64,000 nt of DNA from Balanoglossus misakiensis (Eukaryota > Animalia > Hemichordata). Each line of letters opens with the position of its first letter. Positions within the stretch are counted from its first letter, which is position 1. The stretch spans positions 5,840,791 to 5,904,790 of the forward strand of contig CM082596.2 in NCBI GenBank assembly GCA_040954595.2. The letters run 5' to 3'. Shown piece after piece: positions 55,653 to 64,000 of the stretch. The translations under genes and the position numbers were made by a program. The notes under the pieces are model-generated. The model searched no databases, was not told where the DNA came from, and worked only from the letters and a program-made list of their open reading frames with translations.

Positions 55653-56644
55653 GTATGGTGTGCTTTGAAATTGTGGTACCAAAAGAACAAAAACTGCTCC
55701 TGGAGTTAGACTTTATCGTCTAAGATCCGTTGTGAGTAGTTTTTGTACTGTGAGAAGTTGGTATGTTTCCCAGAGATCTCTGAAATATCTTTGTGTTGCA
55801 GAGTTTGAACTTGGAGTGTTTATCGTAATCGTTCTCTAATGGCCTAGCATTCTTCGGAGACCATAAATTGAGAAGGATTTTGCCGTGCACATGAAGTTGT
55901 AAATAACGTCTCTGAGTTGTCAAGAATCGGCATCGGGTGTTCTTTGTCATGTTTTCATGTTTGCAAACAAAAGTGGGCAATCTGTTTGGAATCCCACTGT
56001 GTCCTCACTTGGCCTTGATTTTTTATTTGTCAGTGTCTTTTGAAGCGGTCCCTGCCTAAGCTCGTTGGAATGCATACTGTCTTGTTGACTGCCAGGTTGA
56101 CATCAATCTCACTCTGAACTAGGTTTTCACAATACAGACTGACTAGCATGGTGAACCAAGTATGTTATTCATGCTGTTATAGACCATCATGCTCAGCCTG
56201 GCAGTGTCTTCCTGCAAAGCATACTTGGTAAACTTCAGTAAAACACACGTCACCAAAAGATAGAACAAAGTTAAAAACCTGAGTTATGTCATCCAGCATA
56301 ATAGATAATTATTGTACTATTGATAATGACAGTCCCCCCTTTCATCTCTGCTCGTTGGAACAGTCTCATTGGTTTCATTGGTATGTTACGAACCCACCAC
56401 TGATGGGAAGGAGGGGGGATCCATTTACTTCAGACGTAATCACTATCTCTGATTATGTCTGATGTCAGACATAGTAATTTGATTCAGTCATTGGCAGAAA
56501 ATTACTATAATGACCCTTTGAACTGATGAGTCCCGATAAAGTGATTCCATTCATGGTTTGTAATAATCTAATTATCTTTACTCTGTCTAGACTAGCTTGT
56601 AAACAAGGCTTTAAACTGGGTGTTTTGTTTTTGTTTGTTTACAG

Positions 56645-56693
56645 ATCCCAGCAGCCCTGGCTCACCTAGGAGCAGGCAACATCTAGTAGAAAG
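56645..56693 (+). CDS. SVIL: 49-nt common exon ((D)PSSPGSPRSRQHLVE-R)
   Basis: Acceptor ttttgtttgtttacag|, donor AAG|GTAAGT, open from phase 1 to phase 2. Confidence 0.85.
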
Positions 56694-58659
56694 GTAAGTT
56701 GAAATTCTTTTCAATTTGTTGAAGCGTATTTACTCTGATTGCGATGTGCACCCATTTTAACATGAAAATTGAATAATGAATAAATTATAAGAGGGGGTAT
56801 TGATGATGCAAGTCAAACATCAACAATCCTCTCCATTATATAACAAGTAAATCCATGCATATTTCTAAATTTATAAACACTCAAAACATCTGCTATTAAA
56901 TCAGAAAAAGTACTTATCATTTTGGTATACAAAGTATTTGTATAGACTCTGTCTGATTTAAGCGATTACATTGTAGCTCACCATCTTGGCATTATTTGCT
57001 CCATAAAATCAATATGTTGAGCTTCTAACACACAAACAAATCTTAGCCCTTCAGATCAGAGAAAAACGTTTCCCCAGTCTGACCCTAACCTCTGGTCACA
57101 GTATAGATGCAGTGTTTCTGTGTAATAAATGGGAATGTTTATATTGCAATTTTCTGTTGCACACACACGGTCCGTCCCCTGACAGATGTGCCAATTTATT
57201 TCAACAATGCCAGATGGTTCCCTGTCGGATCTTGCAAAGCCATTCCCATGAAATGCAACATTGAGTCAATGAATTTGGAATGTGTTTTTTTTTTGCCTCG
57301 AGTGACACCGGAGAATGGCAGTCTTGTAAATGACCTCAGAAGTAGGCCTTCCTCTTAATATTTCTTATCGCACTGGGCGACTACCTCAAGATTACCTACC
57401 AGCTGAAACCACAGTCTCTAAGAACCAAGACAGTTGTTAGCAATGCTATAAATTCATAAATCATGCTATTTTGTCTTCCAACATTTTTTAAAAGCCACTG
57501 ACACAACGAGTATAACTTTTTACCATCACTGAGTAACCATGAAATTTATGCATGTCAACTTTAATAAAAATATTCTGATTCCCAATGTGGGTGACTTTTC
57601 ACATCATAAGACGTTGAATATTTACATCAGCCATTTTGAGCTTCCGGTGAATCCTCTAGTCCATACCAACAAAGTACATTAAACATTTAGAAAAGGAGAT
57701 TATTGACAAGATTATTATGTTTTCTCACTTTTTGGCTGTTTTGATCTTATTTCAGCTTGTCGCAAATCCAATAAAAACTTAAGCTGTATTTTATTCCGTT
57801 CCCTGCCCTCACTCTCCTCATCCAGATCCTTGACTTTTAGATTTTATTGGAATGAATAGTTTCACCCATCATTTGATTCTTCATGGCAGCTTTCACGATC
57901 ACTGTGCCCTAAACTAGCCAAAGAATTTCCCGGAGATAGCTATTAAAACCTCTTGCTAACAACTAAAACATCTGAACTACGTCAGGCCAGTTCAATGCTC
58001 AAAGAAAACAACTGTGATTTTTGCCGGATTGACGTGAACATGTCAAATTAATTGTCACAGCTCTGTCATCTTGTAGCTACTGTACTTCCAACACATGGTT
58101 AGTGTCACGTTCGACTTTTATGGAAAATCAAGTTGACCCTACATGTATGGTGACTCAGTAAATTGACTTTTAGTCGGAAGTATATCTGATAAAGCATCTA
58201 CCACTCTGGGTTTCATTCAGACATACTTCATGACTGCTGAGAGAGCCCAGTATCAGTTAGATTGTCCACAGTCAAAAATGTTAAAAGTAGTATTTGGTTT
58301 GATATTTTAATGGTACACATACTTAGTGTAGACACTATCATGAATGCCACAGTGCTAACCACCCACTCTGCCTTCAACTTGCATTGGAGAGTGCCACAGA
58401 TAATTCGCAACTTTCAATTTTGGAAGCTCCATTAGCTATTTTATCAGCATAGTTTTTGGCCACTAAAGCTTGATGAAATGCCCAGTATTTATCTTAATAC
58501 TAAAAACAGTCCATGCACAATTGTACATGTTATGTGTTTGGACTGGTGTTTGGCATAATCTGCCATTCACAATGCAAGTATCTTTATGTACATTTGTAAT
58601 TGTATAAATAATTCATAATAACGATATACATGATTTTTCATATTATTTTTTGACCCTAG

Positions 58660-58733
58660 GAAACATTGTGGAAGTAATCAACAAACATCTGTTGGAGAGA
58701 GTAACCTTGGAGATGAAGAAATGTCACGCACAG
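58660..58733 (+). CDS. SVIL: 74-nt exon (KHCGSNQQTSVGESNLGDEEMSRT)
   Basis: Acceptor tttttgaccctag|, donor CAG|GTAAAT. Phase 2 to 1 bridges the flanking exons exactly. Confidence 0.8.
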
Positions 58734-60528
58734 GTAAATAGATAATACTGCTCAGCTGGCAGATGAGATGATGTACAGTTTGGATATTTTCATTGCATAT
58801 TTATCATGATCTTTGGCCATGCATAATTCATTTAGCGTCATACAGTGAACCAGATCAGGAACATGCGTGATACAGAATTTGAATTGTCTCAGTAGAAACA
58901 AAACTATGTGTATTAATGAGTACAGATAAACAAGCTGTTTTTTGTTTTGTTTTATACTGTTGTCAGGAGACTTGTTTGGCACCTTGCACCCAAAGAATGC
59001 TTCAGTAGCCTTATAATTGACAAATGAAAAGAATTATTGTAAGCTTGACATAAACATATTTCAATGCTTCGAATATTACCATTATATCTTATTCGTTATT
59101 CAGTTCAGTATACTTCCCTACATGTACATGTAGTTGGGTAACATAGATCTAAGGTTATCATAGCTGCAGGACAAAATGGAATATTTTTTACAACCTATCA
59201 TTTTAATCATGACACGCTAATGATTCAATTTATGAAATTAATCCATTTATCAATTTATCTCGGGAGTCGGGGGGCAACCTGCAGAAATGTGACACTGCAA
59301 TGATTCAGACTACATGTAATATCAGATTGGTTTCTCCCTGTCGCATTTGGATTATTAGTGTTTGTGTAATGTGTTAGACGGGCCAGCTCTGGGAACTATT
59401 GCATTTCGAGAAACTTAATAACGACAGGTTATTACTGAAAAGGACCCCAAGCGCACACGACAGATCACAGAGTATGCAAAGGATGAGTCACCAAACAGTG
59501 ATAGGTGGTGAATCATCGATCGTGGCTGTGATGATTGAAAATGCAGAGAATAGATGGCAATAGAAGATGGCTAGTCGCAACGTTTTTGATTAAGATACCA
59601 GTGACATGCTGATTTGGCAATGCTGTGGTAGAAACTGACAGTCACACACATGGTCTCATCACGTTGAATAATCTGCAGTCACGAGCCCAAAAATGGTTGC
59701 AATGTCCACCTCAGCCCCAGCTAGTGACACACCAATTAAAATGTGTACAGTCTGTTGAGCATGTAGCCTGGATTACATTTGTAAGTCTATGCGATTGAGT
59801 GACTTGCAGGTTGCAATGTATCATTGGATCAAAGGAGGATATAGTCGCTGGTTCAGGTGTTTCAAATCCTGATCTCCATTTCACTGTGTTGGGCCAATAA
59901 AGCCATCGATAACAGTAGACTTAACCAAAGTGTAGAGGTATTAGTGAAATAAATTACACTAATCTTACTTCAGACCAATGAGTGTAATAGATACAGTCAG
60001 TGAAATCAACATACAATGTATGTGTCTGCAATCAGGGCCTGGGAGTTCTCCCTAGAAATATTACTTATTTGCATAACACTAATTAATTGTTATGGTAATT
60101 AGTTTCTGTTGTTAACTTAGATTTATAATAATACTCTTTAATAGCTCTGGGAAGAGCACGGTATCATTTAGCTTGAAAGAAAATCTGAGTTGTAGCGAAG
60201 ATCATTTATCAACGTAAAAATGACAGTCTGTGTTTATGTAGATTGGATGAGATTGGGTTTTCTCTCTGAGTTTTTGTAGAAAGGGGTTCCTTTGAGGGTT
60301 CAAAGGTCAGCTGTCTTCTCCCACATGACAATAGCACACCATCAGTCATCAATTTATGTCAATGAAGCACACAGCTAGCAACTGGGAGATGGTTTGGTTA
60401 AACATTAGACAGTTCTGACTGCATTGGATCAGACAAATGTCAAAGTTATTTCACATCATTTTCAGGATGCAGTTTCTTCTTGGATTTTTGCATTTAACAT
60501 TTAATGTCCTTTTTCCCCTTTGCTGCAG

Positions 60529-62176
60529 TTTCAAAGTTACGAGAAAAAATAACCAGTGAGAAACCTTTGGCAACCTCAGCAGAGAGACGGCGCGCTTTGT
60601 TCGGTGATGTCGGCCGGTCTTCCAGTCACCCGATTACCCCCAAGAAAACAGAGACCGAAGTCATCGGTTGGAATGAGCAAAACCGGGACTCGGATTCAGA
60701 TCGCAGCAGCAGCAGCGGTCGCTACCGGCGACCCCGGACTAGAGAGGAAACAGAGAAGAGATATGCGCGGCTGACTTCCGATCGGAATTTGGACGCTGAC
60801 TTTCCTCGCCGGCGCCTGGACAGCGATTCTTCCGATACGTCCAGAGGAGATGGGAAAGCCGATTATATCCGGAAAGGCTCTACCGCGAGCGTGGACGGCT
60901 ACTCGCGGCTGAGTCCCGTCCCCAGAATAAGCGATGTTGGACAGAGTAAGAGTTTTGATCATGACGTGTCGAGGCACAGCCATTTGGAAAACAACTACAA
61001 GACCGGCTCGGGTGTCACGTCGAGGTACTCGAACGACAAATCAAAAGACGCAGAGACAGAATCGAAATACGGCAAGGATTACGAGAGGGACAGCCAAGTG
61101 TCACGGAGGGCGCTTCTCGACGGTACAGAGAAATCTGTATCGGCTCCAAGGGATAGTTTTGTCAGCCAGAGAACAGCACCTGAAGATCACCGACTCTCCC
61201 CAACGAGACAAGAGTTCGACAGGAGTTCTCCTCTGCGCAGGAGCTCACCGATAATCCGGTCAAGAGACTATGATTTCGATATCACCAGTCGGCCGTCCAG
61301 ACGGCATCGCGTCGATAAGTACGATCATGATCTTGACATTTATAATCGATACAGATTGAAGGATAAGGAAGGCACGGAGGCTTCTGAAAGGACTAGAGGT
61401 GCAACTGATAGGACAGAGAGAGACTCGGATCTGTACAGGAGAGACAGACGGACGAGAGAACTTGGCGACACGAGCCACATCACATCAAACGGCGAGATTT
61501 CTCACTCCATTCGAGAGGAGAGTCTCTCCTCGCAGGTGCCGAAATCAAGCAGAGGCGCAGACTCGGCGACTGTGCTCGGATCGCTGACCGAAAGACTCGG
61601 TTCCCAGGCGTCCGAGGACTCGTCCGAGGACAGCGATGCGAGAGCGAAACGGATAGCGCTGTACAAGGACAAACGCAGGAAGGAACTAGCGGAAAAGTAC
61701 GGCATTGTTGACGACTTGGACTTGAAAGGAGAAACGTCGACGAGGCGATTCAAATATGCAAGCCGCAGGAGCAACACGGACTTGGGCTTGACCTCTGACA
61801 CCTTGAAAAGAGCAGAGGAGTTGATTTCGAAAAACAGGGAGAGGCGGGCGGCCGACAGTTCGCCGCAGCGCAGGCGGATGCAGTCAGAAGATTCCGGCCA
61901 AGCTGATGATACAGATTATTCGTACCTGAGGAAAAAATACGGCCTTGATCGGGACCGCAGCAGGACTACAGATACCACTGCCACAAAGAGCAAAGATGAT
62001 GATGACACTCCCTCGTCTCAACGTCTGAGGAGTACAAGTTTACGTGGAGACGATTCTGATAGATCTCAGCCATCTCAGCATTCTCCAAGGGTTGACAGCC
62101 CTGGTGTGAAGGAAATCGATCATGATGACATCAGTAAGGTTGCCAAGGCAACCACGGAAACAGCACCAAGTCCTAG
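60529..62176 (+). CDS. SVIL: 1,648-nt exon, R/D/S-rich supervillin-like N-terminal region
   Basis: Core of ORF 60504-62180. Acceptor ttttcccctttgctgcag| (phase 1), donor TAG|GTAGGT (phase 2). Encodes RAKRIALYKDKRRKELAEKYGI at 61641-61706. Confidence 0.9.
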
Positions 62177-63539
62177 GTAGGTGAAGGATCAGTGTCATCA
62201 TTGCCAGTATCCTAGTAACAGTATAATGTAGTTGTAACTTTCATTTGTTTTGTCCACCGCATGTTTTGTCCATCAATAAAAAGACCGCAAATATGAAAAG
62301 TTAATTTTCTGAAGGAAACAGGGTAAATTATTTGACAGATTGAGTATACATTGTACATTAAGATTAATTTAATGTGAAAGTTTCTTCCTGTTGTTGGTTT
62401 GCGTGAAAACCCCTGGGGGGGACCTTTCATGTCATAAAATGATGTCATGGTATTTGCGGTGAGATGCATTCAAAGCGGAAATGTCCGCATCTTGCGTAGT
62501 TCCACATCATATCGTGTCTCTGAAAAGATATCAATATTTCCTGCTTCTTAATGTACTCTGTGACATGATATCAACGTCCTTCACATTAATGGGGTTCAGC
62601 CTGGACTGATCTGTATGTTTGCCTTGTGTTATATGTATTATCAAGTTGGTTGAATTATAAACAATGTGGACATCTTTGATGGATCAGTCTAGGATGGGGG
62701 TATGTCTGGACTAAAATTTGAGCCCTGGAGCCCCAGATATACTTGTGTGGCCATGTTAAGCTAGCCCTGGTCCTACATGTAGTTTGAGCAAGATTAGACG
62801 AGATGTTGTTGTTGGAAGATGTTGATAATTATATTTATGTCAAACCTGAGCATAAGGTACTGACTTCAAATGTGTGACTGTGAGTACATACCAGTACACA
62901 GACCAAATCTTATCCCCCAGAGGATTAATTTTACCAGGGCCAAGTGCTAGATAAATTCTGTGTGTAAACAACAAAATTTCCTGCATCCTTGAGACATACA
63001 TCATTTCTCTGCATGTAACCGACTTTGCAGTTGTCTTTGCTGTCTATTACTTCACTTTCACTCTACAAAAATGCTCTGATTATTCATCAGGCAATAGTAA
63101 AACAAAGTTTGAAAGTTATGTAATTCTCCATAATATTATAATCATCATTATCATAGAATGCACTATCTGGTATCCTTTTTGTACTGTTCTCTTACTTTAA
63201 ATTGCCACTGAGGGCAGTCTATCGCAAACCTGCTATTGAAGGACAGAGAGGCAGTGTCTCCTGCTTGTCCTATCTCAGAACATATTATTTATAAAGCTTT
63301 CTTTTATCAAGGGAATATGTTTCTGATTTTTTTTGCACTTAGATGTCTGTTTTTCCACAAGCCCAGAATACAGCCCAAACTGGCAATCACACGTACAGTG
63401 TACTGTGGGAGTCTTGCAATAAGCATGATTTACCACATGCAACAGTTTTGTATTGCTGCATGTTCTCTGCATCTCATACTGGCTCTCTTTTCTCTCCATT
63501 GCATCTTTCTCCTTCATCTCTTCCCCTGTGGTATCTCAG

Positions 63540-63623
63540 GACCGCCACCAAGCCCAACATTTCACCCGAAACCCAACAGCTTGTTGACTCCTTAGAGTCC
63601 AAACGAGCAGCCCGTAGAGAAAG
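63540..63623 (+). CDS. SVIL: 84-nt symmetric (phase 2-2) exon TATKPNISPETQQLVDSLESKRAARRE-R
   Basis: Long pyrimidine tract (63484-63528) then ctcag|, donor AAG|GTACTA, in frame with the preceding exon. Confidence 0.75.
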
Positions 63624-64000
63624 GTACTAGTACCCAACTGCAGTGAACAGAAACGCTTGGGATGTGTTTGGCAAATCTAAAAAGTCTGCATCATAGCATT
63701 TGAAGTTAGCACGCCTCATTTTCTTACATGTGTCATACACGTGCCTTACTATTATGATAATGTATCTGTTTTTTTCATAAAACCCAACCATTACAGAGGT
63801 AAAACTCTCTGGTTTCAGTGGTCCCGCATGTGAATGAACAACTTGACATGTGGGATTATCACAAAAGGAGAAGATATGCGCATAAATATTTGAATCCACA
63901 AGCATCTGCTGTGATAAATGGAAATGAGTTAAACATGTCTGAAAACATGCTGTATGCAAGTTCCGTACATGTGTATACCGATAAATCATTTATGTGAAAG

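Larger units (their letters stand above)
2143..63623 (+). other. SVIL: 5' portion of a multi-promoter supervillin/archvillin-like gene (continues beyond the window)
   Basis: Splice-phase-consistent exon chain on the + strand. One exon encodes a motif resembling the vertebrate supervillin N-terminal [22 protein letters not shown] (recalled, not searched). No gelsolin repeats in the window. Confidence 0.7.

Noticed and set aside
60504-60528. ATG start of the 558-aa ORF
   Set aside because: Lies within the polypyrimidine tract of the acceptor at 60528/60529.
1-64000. CRISPR arrays, operons, tRNA/rRNA genes, autonomous transposase or reverse-transcriptase ORFs
   Set aside because: None seen. 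The DNA is eukaryotic and intron-rich, and the remaining short ORFs in the track look like random intronic translations.

Overview
AT-rich animal genomic DNA, not prokaryotic. The repeat content and frequent TACATGTA suggest a marine invertebrate, possibly a deuterostome (inference). Most of the window appears to be the 5' part of one large + strand gene for a supervillin/archvillin-like protein. The call rests on the motif RAKRIALYKDKRRKELAEKYGI; no gelsolin or headpiece domains are present here and they are presumed to lie downstream. By hand I could build a phase-consistent exon chain: a 4,726-nt disordered exon (18861-23586), then 56645-56693, 58660-58733, 60529-62176 and 63540-63623. The most interesting signal is a two-tier array of short candidate first exons. 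Three phase-0 exons lie upstream of the giant exon, and two of them give MG- N-termini that look like lipid anchors. Four phase-1 leaders lie inside the 33-kb intron and would bypass the giant exon. The introns hold several MITE/foldback elements and clusters of nuclear-receptor AGGTCA repeats. All exon calls come from splice signals and reading frame only; there is no transcript evidence.
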